Shown here piece by piece: positions 1 to 14,888 of a stretch of DNA of 64,000 nucleotides (position 1 is its first letter; the number at the start of each line of letters is the position of its first letter). Origin of the DNA: Eledone cirrhosa. Taxonomy: Eukaryota. The stretch covers positions 306,528,001-306,592,000 of the forward strand of contig OZ024742.1 in assembly GCA_964016885.1 (NCBI GenBank), in the 5' to 3' direction. Below the pieces are notes generated by a model. The model was not told the DNA's origin. It searched no databases and worked only from the letters and a program-made list of their open reading frames with translations. The position numbers and the translations under genes were made by a program.

Positions 1-989
1 TAAGGACAGGCAGCCCTCAGGTGACCTCTGCCTCAACAGAGGTAGCAAGCGGGCCGCCTACCCTCAACTGCAATGTTCATAAATTGGCAGCATTCCAGGG
101 ACACTCTTTGGGGTATCTTTGCGATACGTTCTGGTTTCATTCGAACCAGAACCTGTATGCCTATACCGCCAAAGTGGCCCCTGGTGGCTTTGCCTATATC
201 ACGTAGTTCATCTTCGTCGTCCAGTATCCCTCCTAGTATCCACCAAATATTTGTATTTGGGTGTATACCGGAGATTGTTATTTTTTTAGTTTTCTTCCCC
301 ATGTAGGTGGGGAAGAAAGTGTACTGTTTGGACACAATTGGCGACACCGAGTATATTTTGGGCCACCAATTGGTCCTTCATCAAAATTATCAGACTCCCA
401 TATAACTTCCCTCTCTCAATAAAAATCATCTCCTTCAACGCGTCTTTTAACACCAGCTCAATTTCACTATGCGATAATTGAGCTGGTTTTTTCGAAGCAT
501 TTGATATAGTTCTAAAATTAATTGTCCTCAGGACCGTGTCTCTTTTGGGAGATTATGGTGAATTTACCGTTTTCACCAAAGCTCACCTGTTTTCTCCCCT
601 CTTTTAGCAATTCCGCTGCATTACTGGGGTGAAAGTTTCGGTCTCCTTAACGACCTGGGCAAAGGATATTCGTGCAGTGGGGTCTTTTTTGTGTGTGTTT
701 CGTTGCTGTTGTTCTTCTTTTCTTGGGTATTTGCGTTTTGGTTGTTGTTGTTTGCGGTACAGTTTTTTGGGTTTTCACCCATTTTTTCGTGTTTTGAGTT
801 CACATTTACGTTGTTTTCTTTGTCATTGTTGCTGCTGTTTTTGCTTTTGTGTGTGTTTGTGTTATTTTCTTTGTTATTTGTGTTGGTGTTGTTGGTGTCA
901 GTGTAATTTATACATTCTTTCAATTTGCTGTTTCCATTGTTTGGGTTATTACCCAAGTTTTTACAATTGTTCGCCAAATCCGCTTCCAT
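1..989 (-). pseudogene. Decayed gag-like ORF1 of a non-LTR retrotransposon (CCHC zinc knuckle), running off the window edge
   Basis: ORF pieces 989-621 and 347-33 are broken by a stop and a frameshift. The end reads VEGRRPA-CYLC*GRGHLRAAC-P, a CX2CX4HX4C knuckle with an internal TGA. The N-terminus is Asn/Lys-rich. (GATA)n lies upstream at 1308-1362. Confidence 0.7.
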
Positions 990-1306
990 AATCGCATGCG
1001 AAAGCGCGAGAAGGGAAGCTTCAGTAGGTTGAGTTACTTGTTCCTCATTATCACTTTCCCTGGGGGGGGGGGGGGCGTGGCAGTGGTGTTTTCATGTATG
1101 GTGTCCATTATTGTAAGTTGGTATACAAATTTTTCAAAGTAGTTTTTACCCCCAAAAAGGGGTAAAAATAAAATAACAACCCGTCTGCAAGTCAAGGCGG
1201 GAGGGTAGGTCACACAAATAAAACAAATGAAACACAAACTCCCAGTCAAAAACGTAATACAAATCCCAAAAGGCTGCAGCTGAAGTAACACACGTCTACT
1301 ATCAAC

Positions 1307-1363
<57 letters not shown>

Positions 1364-1779
1364 GTAAGTCGTCGTAATTTAGTGGATATATGCTGTGTAA
1401 ATGATTAAAGGCATATGCAAGAAAATTAATGTATTTGATTTAAATAAATTTGAATGAAATAGAGTGGTGTTAAGAGGAACAAGGTTAAGGAAAATTGAAC
1501 ATTTCCACATAGAATGTTGTAATCAAGGGTTTAGCAAATTGATATCTTTTTTTATTATAAAACGTACCATTTTTCCAAGTAATACTGTATTATATAACTA
1601 TTTCTACTTTCCTACTTTTTTCTCAGGCATCCGTGGCTTTGACGATATCGCCATGATTCCAGTTCAAATGGTCAAACCCTGATTTAATGATGTGCTGATT
1701 TATATAAGACGAAGGTGTTCCGTCAGTATTGCAACGCCGATTTCTATCGTTATATAATCTCTCACTCAACTCTCCACTA

Positions 1780-2400
1780 CAAACATATTGTCTTCTCCAG
1801 CATCTGCCAACTCATACTCCCTTTCCATCCTCACTACCATCCACAGAATTCACACTCCACACAGATCTACCATATATTTCCTCCCCAAAATCAATATAAT
1901 TATTCCAGTGTTTACTCCTGCAACTGCTCAACCAAACAAATCTTCAAATCCCACGATCTCCACCTCTCCTCCATACCTTCCTTCACTTCCCACCATTTCT
2001 TACAGTGGACATATAAAATATGTCTCCTACCTCATCCCCGTCAACGACGGACTCTTATCTCTTCAACACTTCTTCACCCGCCACAACACCTTCAACCCAG
2101 CAATTCTATCCCGCTTCGCCTAGCTGAGCGTTTCTTTACCCGAAATTGTATTTCTATACAGAAGAAGTTTCTCAACAAGTAAGAGGGGTGGCTATGGTTG
2201 CAAGAATGGGCACCTTCTATGCCAACCTCTCATTGGCTCTGTTGAAGCCCATATACCTGTTTCGTTCACCTGAACTATACTGTCACTACATTGCTGACGT
2301 CGGTGGAGTCAACCCCTCTCTCACAGACATATTTTTCGGAAAAGTTTCTCCCATTTCCCGTCATCTCGGAGACACGTAACAACGTAAATATATTCGTCTT
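1780..2400 (+). pseudogene. Highly degenerate PLE reverse transcriptase fragment
   Basis: Frameshifted pieces YFLPKI, SCNCSTKQI, IPVNDGLLSLQHFF and QQVRGVAMVARMGTFYANL match the PLE RT motifs LPKIHK and QxxGxAMGxxxxPxYANL in the expected order. Confidence 0.65.
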
Positions 2401-2585
2401 TTGTCTTCACCAGGTATAAAGCCAGTTCATACTAAGCCGAGAGCAAATATTTATTTTCTGTTTACACATTTTGACACACTGGGATTGATGGCCCTATTCC
2501 AGTTTTCCTAATCTTCCAGACCCACCTCCCACTTTACAATAACGTCTCTTCCTTACCTCCCTTCATTATATTTCTTATTGTAGAG

Positions 2586-2774
2586 GGTGGTGAATTGGCA
2601 GTATCGGTAGAGGGTCAGACGCCATGCATTCTAGCATAGTTATGTCCTTTTATGATCTGAGTTCAAATCCCGCCGAGGTTAACTTTGCCTTTCATCCTTA
2701 CGGGGTCGATAAAATAAAGTACCAGTAATGCACTGAGTAATTGCTGGCCTTGTGCCTAAAGTAGAAACAATTAT
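2586..2774 (+). mobile_element. tRNA-derived SINE (octopod-type)
   Basis: A-box-like TGGCAGTATCGG, B-box GAGTTCAAATCC, body CTTTCATCCTTACGGGGTCGATAAAATAAAGTACCAG, tail AGAAACAATTAT. About 12 copies in the window. Confidence 0.9.
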
Positions 2775-2784
2775 ATTTGTTATT

Positions 2785-2964
2785 GTAGTATCGGTAGACG
2801 GTCGGACGACATGCTTTGCAGCAAAGTGTTACGGCCCTTTATGGTCTGAGTTCAAATCTCGCCGAGGTTAACTTTGCCTTTCACCCTTACAGGGTCGATA
2901 AAATAAAGTACCAGTAATGTACTAGGATAATTTCTGGCCTTGTACCAAAAGTAGAAACAATTAT
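2785..2964 (+). mobile_element. SINE, second tandem copy
   Basis: Same family as 2586-2774, slightly 5'-truncated. Confidence 0.9.
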
Positions 2965-3874
2965 ATATCTTACTATTTACATAAATTATATATCTTACTA
3001 TTTACATAAATATCTAAATTAGAATCCGTTGTCATCGTTTTTAAATTTAGGTTGTTGGCTGACTAAACTTGAAATTCTTTTAGCAATGATTTTTCCTCTT
3101 ATGGAGGTCAGTATAATGTGATTGTTATATATATGTTTTACATCGCAAGTGGTTATTCAATTAATTAAAATTCGTAAAGAAATACAGTAAACATGTTGGG
3201 GTTTTTAGCGTTGATTTGGCTTGACTACATTCATAACGGCGTCATCGTGTTAGCAAAACAACTTTTACATAAAAAGCGATAGGGACAACAGTTCAGTACA
3301 CACAAAGCTGAAGAAGAGAAACAACCACCCTTCACAGTCGAACGTAAATTTCAGGTTGTGGTTGATAGAGAGGGCTTTATGTTATTCGGAAAATGTAATT
3401 TATGGGGTGTTTCTCAAAACTTGATATGTATCAACAACAAACGTTAAATATAACATTAACAGTCACACACAGACATACACGTGACCAAGCAACAAAAATT
3501 TATTAACAGTGTGAGATTGAGAAATTATGGATATAGATTGGGGAATATTTCTAAAATGTTGTTCAATTTGAAATATATGCCATGTCAATTTAATATGTTA
3601 TAGTCTTTGTGCAAACTAAAGGGACGAAGTCTTTATGCTATGTTGTATATATGTGCCATCTCAGATTCTCAGGCGTATTCGGTCCAGAATTATAATTAAT
3701 CTTCTAGAACAAGTCAACATTCCCCATTACTCCACTATTTCTCGTGAAAATTATAACCAACTCACTTCTGCTGCAACCATACAAATGCACGCATATATAC
3801 ACACTATATATATATACTATATATATATATACTATATATACTATATATACTATAAATACTATATATACTATTAT

Positions 3875-3939
<65 letters not shown>

Positions 3940-3944
<5 letters not shown>

Positions 3945-4140
3945 ATAATAAATTTGAAGACTAAAATCCAAAGAAGGCTCGATAAGGATAAATATATATC
4001 AAATATATAAGAACCGTAGAGCAATTATTTATTAAAATAACAGATTAAAGTTTAAGCAAAGAATCGCTGCTTTCACCCTTCTGAAGATCCAGGTAAGGGT
4101 GAAAGCAGCTCTTAAACTTTAATCTGTTATTTTAATAAAT
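3940..4140. mobile_element. Family A fold-back (3' end of the PLE at 9243-10950)
   Basis: TTATTAAAATAACAGATTAAAGTTTAAG...CTTAAACTTTAATCTGTTATTTTAATAA. The left arm carries an extra ~85-nt tail. (TA)n on both sides. Confidence 0.85.
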
Positions 4141-4157
4141 ATATATATATATATATA

Positions 4158-4972
4158 TAAACGGAAAAATGAAACGAAATTTCATTTCTCACTCTTAGTG
4201 CGGCTGTTACTTAAATATAAGTATGTATACGTACATACATATATGTATACAGACGCACAGTAGTATGTATATATATATATATACATACATGCACACATAT
4301 ATATATGAACGTATGGATTCACCGAACATTTATTATTATGCTCGGTGTGTTTGTAAACAAACATCCCGTATTAAGCGGTACAGTGTCTAGTAAACATCGA
4401 TGCTCATTTGTTCAACATTAAGCATTATAATAAATGTTCGGTGAATCCATACGTACATATATATATATGTGTGTGCATGTATTTATATATATACATACTA
4501 CTGTACGTCTGTATACATATATGTATGTACGTATACATACTTATATTTAAGTAACAGCCGTACTAAGAGTGAGAAAGGAAATTTCGTTTCATTTTTTCCG
4601 TTTATCGTTTTCGGTACCCCGGCCGATTAATTCACTCGATATGCAATTTAGGCTGCTCAGCCGTTAATATGCATAAGGAAAGTATATACTTTCAGACGTT
4701 CAATCATCTGCAGGAAGGTATACGTTGCTGACGATAGCTAATAAGCTTGAAACTAGTACAGCATTCCTTTGTCAGTGTTGAACAAATGAGCAACGATGGT
4801 CGCTAGTCACTGTACGGCTTAATACGGGATGTTTGTTTACAAACACACCGAGCATTATAATAAATGTTCGGTGAAACCAGACGTACATATATATATGTGT
4901 GCATGTATGTATATATATATACATACTACTGTGCGTCTGTATACATATATGTATGTACGTATACATACTTAT
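4158..4972. mobile_element. Family B non-coding HHR element: inverted arm plus a 430-nt head-to-tail repeat
   Basis: AGCATTATAATAAATGTTCGGTG at 4421 and 4851 (period 430). 4158-4420 is the inverted arm. Other copies at 16304-17040 and 36858-37530. Confidence 0.85.
4724..4762 (+). ncRNA. Minimal type-I hammerhead ribozyme (family B)
   Basis: GTTG-CTGACGA-TAGCTAATAAGCTT-GAA-ACTAGT-A-CAGC. Stem III is the palindrome ACTAGT; predicted cleavage after GUA at 4758. Confidence 0.85.
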
Positions 4973-4974
4973 AT

Positions 4975-5077
<103 letters not shown>

Positions 5078-5338
5078 ATATATAGTGTGTATATATGCGT
5101 GCATTTGTATGGTTGCAGCAGAAGTGAGTTGGTTATAATTTTCACGAGAAATAGTGGAGTAATGGGGAATGTTGACTTGTTCTAGAAGATTAATTATAAT
5201 TCTGGACCGAATACGCCTGAGAATCTGAGATGGCACATATATACAACATAGCAGAAAGACTTCGTCCCTTTAGTTTGCACAAAGACTATAACATATTAAA
5301 TTGACATGGCATATATTTCAAATTGAACAACATTTTAG

Positions 5339-5466
<128 letters not shown>

Positions 5467-5574
5467 TGTCTTATACACACTGTTAAACTATTTTTTCGGT
5501 AGTCTCATTTCGCCGAAAGTTTATAATTCTGTTCTCAAACATTCAATCACCGCTGTATTCTTATTATATGACTT

Positions 5575-5711
<137 letters not shown>

Positions 5712-5827
5712 TGTGTATATGTGTGTGTATGTGTGTGTGTATGTATATATATGTGCGTGTGTATATACATATGTATGACTGAATACATATGTATATATAT
5801 ATATATATACTCTATATATATTATGTA

Positions 5828-5889
<62 letters not shown>

Positions 5890-6089
5890 AAGGCGTATAT
5901 ATAATTAGATATAGTCACAGATACATATATGGGTGTAGCAACCTTTTACCTTTTACATTGTGGCTCAATGAAGAATTAATTAAGCAAATAATCATTAATC
6001 AGAGCTATATATAAAATTGCAAGTTTGAAGAACTATTAGATAAAATATATACAGTATTTCCTAAAGGTGATTTATATCGTGATGACTGT

Positions 6090-7563
6090 CTTCTTCTTTC
6101 CCCTAACCTTAGCCTATCAGAAATTGAAAAAAAAAAAAAAACTTATTAGAACTTTGCTCAAAGACTATTATAGTCTCACTATTTCATTTGAAAACACCAG
6201 TAAAATGGTTAATTTCCTAGATATAACTTTAGACTTATCTACGGGTACCTACCAACCTTACGATAAATCTAACCAAATCTTACATTACATACACTCACAA
6301 TCCAATCACCCTAGATCTATCCTTAAATACCTAGCATATAATATCTCACTCAGAATCTCTAACCTTTCATCTCACCAGGATGTATTCGCGCCCTTTTATA
6401 ACGAAGCTTTAGCTAGAAGCGGCCACAAAATCAAATTATAATACCTTGCACCAATAATACTTCAAACATACAACCCAATATTACCAACAAAACACTAAAT
6501 GAAAAACCCACACCTAAATGCCACTCACACTACACCCCAAAATACCAACCTAAAACTTAATTTCTCTACCTCTTCTCACGTAAAATAACCATTCATCCTA
6601 ATACTCCAATATACGTTAATAACATTACTAACAAAATTCCTAGTAATCAGACTAAAACACCTAAATCAGTTAATCTAACTAAACCTATATATAATAAATT
6701 CACTAATACTAATTCTCTTAGTAAACATCCTGATGCATCGTATACATAAAAAAAAAACATCGAAACCGTAATAGACAAGTTACTTGGTATAATGCTCGAT
6801 TTAATCTACAAATTAAAGATAATATCCCAAAAAAACCTTTTACTATCCTAGAGAAAAACTTCCCGCCAAACCATAAATACCATCAAATTTTAAATAGATC
6901 AACTGTCAAATTTTCCTACTCCACTACCAAAAATATACAACAAAATATAAGTGCGTACAATGCATATAAATGTAAAAAACCCACGAATATACCACCAACA
7001 CATCAAACCAACCATAATACTAAAATAAACCGCAACAAACCACTATCTCCTTCATATATAACAAGTCGAGTCAATTCCACACCAAATTTGATTAACTCCC
7101 GTGATACGAATGGTTCTACAGTTACAACCATTCACGAATGGTTGTAACTGTAGAAACAAAAGAAATTGCCCATTAAAGGGAAACTGTCTTATTAATAACA
7201 TAGTATATAAATGTAAAATTAGCACTAAGGACACAACTTATTCATATATAGGAGCTACATCTAACCAATTTAAAGTAAGATTTAATACCCACAAACATAG
7301 TTTTAAAAATGCCGCATTAGCTAATACAACATCATTGGCTGAAACAATTAATAATTATAGAAAAAGAATATCGATTATTACCTGACCTGGAGTGTGCTCA
7401 AAAGGGCCACCCCTTATCAAAATAACAGATATGAGTGTAGATTATGTTCCCAGGAACTTTTTGAAATAATTAAATCTAAGGATGTCCTATTAAATAAGCG
7501 ACAAGAATTAATTATATCTTGCAATCATAGAATTAGAAGAACTTTCAAATATTATAAACCTAA
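6090..7563 (+). pseudogene. PLE RT C-terminus + GIY-YIG endonuclease, frameshifted
   Basis: VNFLDITLDL...YIHSQSNHP; VTWYN; CNCRNKRNCPLKGNCLINNIVYKC...YIGATSNQFKVRFNTH (CxCx5C motif followed by GIY-YIG). Confidence 0.9.
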
Positions 7564-8274
7564 TTAATATACACCTTACACTTATATTTTACATATTATT
7601 ATAATTAAATTTTTTAATTTTGTTAACCTATAATTAGTACTTTACTACAGAGAACATCATAATTTTATTTCCCTCTTACAGCCCTCTTTTCCTAAAATTA
7701 ATACATAAAGGTATACATATAAATTAATTTAATTTCCTGTTATGAATCTAGATTCCTTGTAGTCTATATAAGATTGGTATTTCTCACTACTACATTTATC
7801 CCAAAATTTTATTTTCCTTCGTTTTTAACAACATTCTTAAATAACATGTAATTCTTATTTATCACATCCATATGAATTAATATAAATTTATCCCTATAAG
7901 TATACCTATCAATTAATTTAATTTACGTTATAGATCTAAATTCCTTGTGTTTTAAATAAGATTGGTATTTCTCACTAACACCTTTACCCTAAAATGTTAT
8001 TCTCCTTCGGTTTTAACATTAACATTATTCTTTAATAGCATCAAATTTTCGTGTACCTTTCACCGGCTTGACCTCTTTTCATCCCCAAAGTATTCGTTTC
8101 ATTCAAAGTATTCTTTCCATTCAAAACTTAAGTCTGCATTCCCCCTAAATTAAATTTCTACTACTACTATTCTATCAACTTGACCTCTTACTACTTTTCT
8201 ATTGGTCAATTCAAACCTGTTCCAAAACAGACCTAGTATATTAAATCTTTGTTGGTTTTCTTCAATAAACAAAT

Positions 8275-8400
8275 ATTATTTCTGAAGACAGCATATATAT
8301 GTGAAGGTATGTATATTTCCTCTGATAGTTTGTAAAATGTTTACATATATCTATATGATACCAACACACATATATATCCTAGAAACGATCGTAAAATGAT
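8275..8400 (+). ncRNA. Type-I HHR with long stem II
   Basis: ATTATTT-CTGAAGA-[CAGCATATATATGTG...CACATATATATCCTA]-GAA-ACGATCGT-A-AAATGAT. Palindromic stem III; cleavage after 8393. Confidence 0.75.
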
Positions 8401-8687
8401 GAATTTTTTAATATAAGGAACTTGTTCTTGTTTTTATTCATTGTTTTTATTAATTTATATATATATATATAAATATATATACACCCCTTTGAATTTAATA
8501 TATACTCCCGTAGGGTTAAGTATAACTTTAGGCTGTATCCGGCTGCGCTTTCTAGCAACCAGCCTACGCGCCGACAGACACCAATCACAAATATTCTGCC
8601 TTGACCGCTGGCCACGTGATGGTTCTTAGCCATTTTGAATTAATTTCTGGCGGGGATCATGGTAGAAAACTTGGTCCAGACTGGGGT

Positions 8688-8772
8688 GTCTCCTGATGAG
8701 TTCCTAGCCTCATGGATAAATCCAAGATCGGGTGTATCCAAAAAATGAAACGAAACCACTGGTGGTCGGGAC
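8688..8772 (+). ncRNA. Type-I HHR
   Basis: GTCTC-CTGATGA-GTT...AAC-GAA-ACCACTGGTGGT-C-GGGAC. GUC cleavage after 8767. Confidence 0.8.
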
Positions 8773-9067
8773 TAGAGGAATTCTGGTAAAGTTTATGTGC
8801 ATTTTTTCTTCAAACTTCTATTTTGTACCTAACTCCGTGTAGTTAATTATTTGTCTAGTCAATTTCTACGGGCTAAAAGTAATAACTGGATAAATTTTAT
8901 TTGGCTGTACATCGCAGAAGATAGTCTGTATCATTTGTCTATTATTTCTCCATAGTTACATTTTAAACTCATAGCCTCGTTTAAATGATTTTTATGTGGT
9001 TGATTTATAAGGACTAGGAGAGGAAATACTGTATATATTTTATCTAATAGTTCTTCAAACTTGCAAT

Positions 9068-9099
<32 letters not shown>

Positions 9100-9121
9100 A
9101 GATGTATATATGTATGTACGT

Positions 9122-10950
<1,829 letters not shown>

Positions 10951-10959
10951 ATTGGTTAA

Positions 10960-11141
10960 CCTATGCCCTGCAATTGAAATTGGGTATAAGACACATTTGG
11001 GAAACACGCCGGATTGAGTGTATTTGTAATATAATGAGCCAGTCTTGACATACATTTTCAGACTGTATTATTAGCTATACACTTAATCCAACCTGTTTCC
11101 CAAATGTTTCCTTATATCCAATTTCAATTGCAGGGTATAGG
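10960..11141. mobile_element. Fold-back MITE with TTAA flanks (piggyBac-like)
   Basis: TTAA|CCTATGCCCTGCAATTGAAATTGG...CCAATTTCAATTGCAGGGTATAGG|TTAA, with ~65-bp imperfect terminal inverted repeats. Confidence 0.6.
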
Positions 11142-12028
11142 TTAACCAAGGGCTATGTCAAACGACAATTGACGTAGTTGCCAAACTGTCGGATCGAACC
11201 CAGAAGCTAATTTTTACAAAGAGAACCTCTTAAAAATTCGGGTTTTCTGTGTCCACATGTTTGAGATACGCAGTGTAAACAATGCACAGGTGTAAAGAAG
11301 TCGATTGACACAATGGTGTAATAATGGTTATATATTTTATTTTAAGCTGAAATTACTCCTATAGCCGTTTAATTTTCGGGTTTTACCGATACTCGATTAA
11401 TAATCAAAGAAACAAAATGACACTATCTGATATTTATATACGGTATAAAATATAAAAAATCATTGAATATTCACGTTAACATTATCAAACATTTTAACGT
11501 AGTTGGAACGTGTTACATATGTATCTCGTTTTCTCTCGTTTAGCCGATATTTTTTTATATATGACGACAAAACTAACGAATATTTGATGGAGGATAGCTA
11601 AAGAAAAATTTTGATTTTTTTCTATAGGCGTTGATTAATATGTTCTATTAATAGACACGCGCGTGTATGTGTATGAATAAATATGTGTGTGAGTGCGCGT
11701 GTATTTGTTCGTGTGTGTGTTAGTTTTCATCACCGTATCGGAATCTATAAAAAATACAGCCTTCATTTCAGTAGTTTTCGATGAACAACTCAGAGAGAAA
11801 ATGATACTTCCATTTTACGCCTGCATACCATATATATATATATATATACACACAAAACAGTGTATATGTATGTATGTGCACATGTTTGTATATATATATA
11901 TATATTTATATATTAATAAAAGGAATTCCAACTTTGTCTGATTTACTCGTTATATTTACAATCTTTTAAAATTTATAATGGTATTAGAATGAAATAGTAT
12001 GGTAGAATATTAAATGTTAAGTGTTAAT

Positions 12029-12067
12029 TGAACAAGTACTTTCATGCTTTCGCAATCTTCAGGTTCA
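12029..12067 (-). ncRNA. Minimal HHR (family D)
   Basis: TGAAC-CTGAAGA-TTGCGAAAGCAT-GAA-AGTACT-T-GTTCA. Palindromic stem III. Confidence 0.85.
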
Positions 12068-12139
12068 TAATGTGTGGTGACAGTCAAGTTTGCAATTTTC
12101 ACAGTTGAAAATTGCAAACTTGACTGTCACCACACATTA

Positions 12140-12178
12140 TGAACCTGAAGATTACGAAAGCATGAAAGTACTTGTTCA
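12140..12178 (+). ncRNA. Minimal HHR (family D, mirror copy)
   Basis: TGAAC-CTGAAGA-TTACGAAAGCAT-GAA-AGTACT-T-GTTCA. Confidence 0.8.
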
Positions 12179-12344
12179 ATTAACACTTAACATTTAATAT
12201 TCTACCATACTATTTCATTCTAATACCATTATAAATTTTAAAGGATTGTAAATCAAACGAGTAAATCAAACGAAGTTGGAATTCCTTTTGTTAATATAAT
12301 CTTCTATACACAATCATACACACCCGTGTATATTTATCCATCTA

Positions 12345-12394
<50 letters not shown>

Positions 12395-12406
12395 CATATA
12401 TATATA

Positions 12407-12486
<80 letters not shown>

Positions 12487-12496
12487 AACCAGTAAG

Positions 12497-12590
12497 ACCC
12501 CGACAGCTGAGCTCAAGCCGTTTCGACGGCTAATTCTGGACTAAATGAAAATTTATCCTGGTATTTAAATAGCCGATCTTCTCAAGGGGT
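12497..12590 (-). ncRNA. HHR with U3:A8 core (TTGAGAA)
   Basis: Mirror copy of 15730-15823. Confidence 0.75.
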
Positions 12591-13723
12591 AATTCCATAT
12601 ATGGTCAAAGTGATTGTCAAAAATCAGTAGTAATTCTGTGGTTGCAAATTAGTAGGGGAGATGGTGGCTAAACCTGCCAGTAGGAGAAAGAGGGGAGGGG
12701 TGGAGTAGCCTCAATCAAGCGTTTGTAGTGCCAGCTACAGCTGGGCATGAGGTCGAAGAAGATACAGGGGAGGGGGAGGGGGAGGAAGTCGGAACGGTAG
12801 GTAGAACAATGGGGGGTAGAAATATATAGGAAAGAAAAAATACTGAGAGTGAAGAAAAGCAAATAAGTGTAAAGAAAAACAAATGAGTGTAAAGAAAAAA
12901 GTAAAGTAAATTAAATTCTACGACCTAGGTCTCTAGCTATTGTTAGTCTAGAATAAATAAATAAAGAAAGAAAGAAAGAAGTAAAGAAAGAAATAAAGAA
13001 ATAACGAAATAAGTAAAAGAACTAGGTGGGACGGGATAGGCGAGGACCCTTTTAAGAGGTATAAGTACGTAAATGATACGGTGACGGGTCAACAAAAGGG
13101 GCCAAAATACTAAAGAGACTACCACGAAATAAACAATAAAGGTTTCCATCCCGGGCACAATTCCAGCAACCACCCAGTGCAGCAAAGTGAACTAATACGA
13201 GATAATAATTCTGAGTCCCGAGAAAAATATATACTAATGCTAACTCTAAAAGATCTAAAACAAGCTACATGAAAGTTCGTACGAAGTAAAGGTAGAATAC
13301 GGAAGAATAAATTCAGAATCCACCCCGCCCAAAAGAAAAGCGAAGAAAGAAATACTGAAACGAAAAAATAAGGCATAAGTGCCACTAAGAAATATAGAGG
13401 GCACAGAGAATAGTTGGAGGGGTCGGAAAAAGGGGACAAGTATCCGGGGTCTAAACCAACTGCTATAAAGGGCGGAGTCCGCCAAATCTATCCTAGACTA
13501 GGGGAGTGGGTGGGGGTACTAAGGCTACAAGGGGCCAAAGGGCAGCCTCGGGTAGGCGAGAAAAGACGCCGACAAAGGAGAAGAGCTGGGGTAGAAGGAC
13601 TAAGGAGAGAGGGGGGAAGGAAGGAAATAAAGGAAGCGATAAAAGAATACAAAGAAGATCTTACGTCTCCCTTGGCAAGCAGGGGTTACCCATTGCAAAA
13701 TCGGCAAGTGGGGTGTTATAGCC

Positions 13724-14888
13724 CTAGTCTACCCCCCCCCCCCCCCCCGGGTCATTATGGGGTTTGAGGGCGAGGTAAGTCCTACGCAATCTATGTTTAC
13801 ATGCAGTAACCAGTTCATCTTTCTTGTTTAGGAGTTGGTCCGTCGAAAACAGCATTTGTAAAGTTTCCTCCGAGCATAAATTGCACGGACGGCGTCCTCC
13901 CGTGTAAGAATTGGCTCTGGACAGTAATCTCCAAGTGAGATCATAGGTGATGTTGTTGTTCTTGAGGTCCCATATGTGGCCCGAAAGTGTAGTGGCGTGA
14001 CGCCGGGCCGGGTTTCGGAAGGTATGTCTATGTTGGTATAGCCGGGTCTTGAAGTCACATGCGGTAAGTCCTATATAGGCTTTGTTGGAGGTATCCGTCC
14101 TCACGTTGCACTGGTAGATCACATTACGGTCTCTGCATCTATTGTCGAGTGGGCAAATAGATCTATACGGGCAGTTACACCACCTGGTCGGTTCTCCACT
14201 GCTATTTAGGTTATTTCTGCCATCGGGGTTGAGTTTTTTGTTGTTAGAGGAGACGATGTTTTGTGCGAAGTTTGGTGTAGTGCTGTAAGAGAGTTTGATG
14301 GTATTTTTGTTAATTATGTTGTGGTAGCGGTGTTGTAATGGGAAGTGTTTTTTCAATGAGCCTAAAGAATAGTTTCCCGATCGGAGTTGTCACCTCTGCG
14401 TTGTGGGGAGGATTGAACCATGTTACATTGCGTGAGCGGCGGTGTCTCCTGCTGGTTCCGCTAATGGGAGCTGGACAGTAGGATATTTCCTCCCGGAAAC
14501 CACTCCGCTTGAGGGCCTGGTTGTAATAAGGCGCATGTTCATCGAATATCCGCTCATTAGCTGACAAACGGGATATGCGGAAGGAGATGTTTTTGACCAG
14601 GTTGTTTGTGATGTTCCTAGGATGGTTTGATCGGCGGTGGATGTAGTGCAGATTGTCATTAGGTTTCCTGTATGGGTAGTACAGGTCGTTTTCGAGGTCG
14701 AGGGTCACGTCCAGGAAGGTTACTCTGGTCAGGGACGTTTGTAGGGTTATTTTAAATCCCCAGTCGCGGAAGAATCTGATTAATTGTTTCCGGACCCGAT
14801 CTGTACTACTGGGGTTGTACCCTTTAAGGGTAAGGAGCCCATCATCACGGTACAATCCACCACCGAATGCAGGAAACATATCAGTGAG
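13724..14888 (-). pseudogene. PLE RT (YRDD) + GIY-YIG, 5'-truncated, one frameshift in an A-run at ~14350
   Basis: GGLYRDDGL, VTFLDVTLDL, SNHP, VTWFNPP; CNCPYRSICPL...VIYQC...YIGLT...FKTRLYQH...CNLCSEE...LNKKDELVTACKH. Confidence 0.95.

Larger units (their letters stand above)
5885..9068 (+). mobile_element. 5'-truncated Naiad-type PLE with two 3' HHRs and an inverted terminal arm (5885-6062)
   Basis: RT thumb and GIY-YIG coding remnants at 6090-7563. 6010-6062 is the reverse complement of 9021-9070. (TA)n flanks. Confidence 0.9.
11908..12348. mobile_element. Family D HHR fold-back (centre ~12103)
   Basis: ~190-bp inverted arms; the right arm has a ~45-nt extra tail. TA flanks. Degenerate relative at 39678-39735. 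Confidence 0.9.

Noticed and set aside
33-35. In-frame TGA in the zinc knuckle as Sec
   Set aside because: It is at a non-Cys position in an otherwise decayed ORF.
2586-2774. tRNA gene
   Set aside because: Only A/B boxes of a SINE head; no cloverleaf.
11908-12348. Fold-backs interpreted as TA-targeting Tc1/mariner MITEs
   Set aside because: The arms are unequal, carry HHRs, vary in internal truncation, and in several families match PLE 3' ends.
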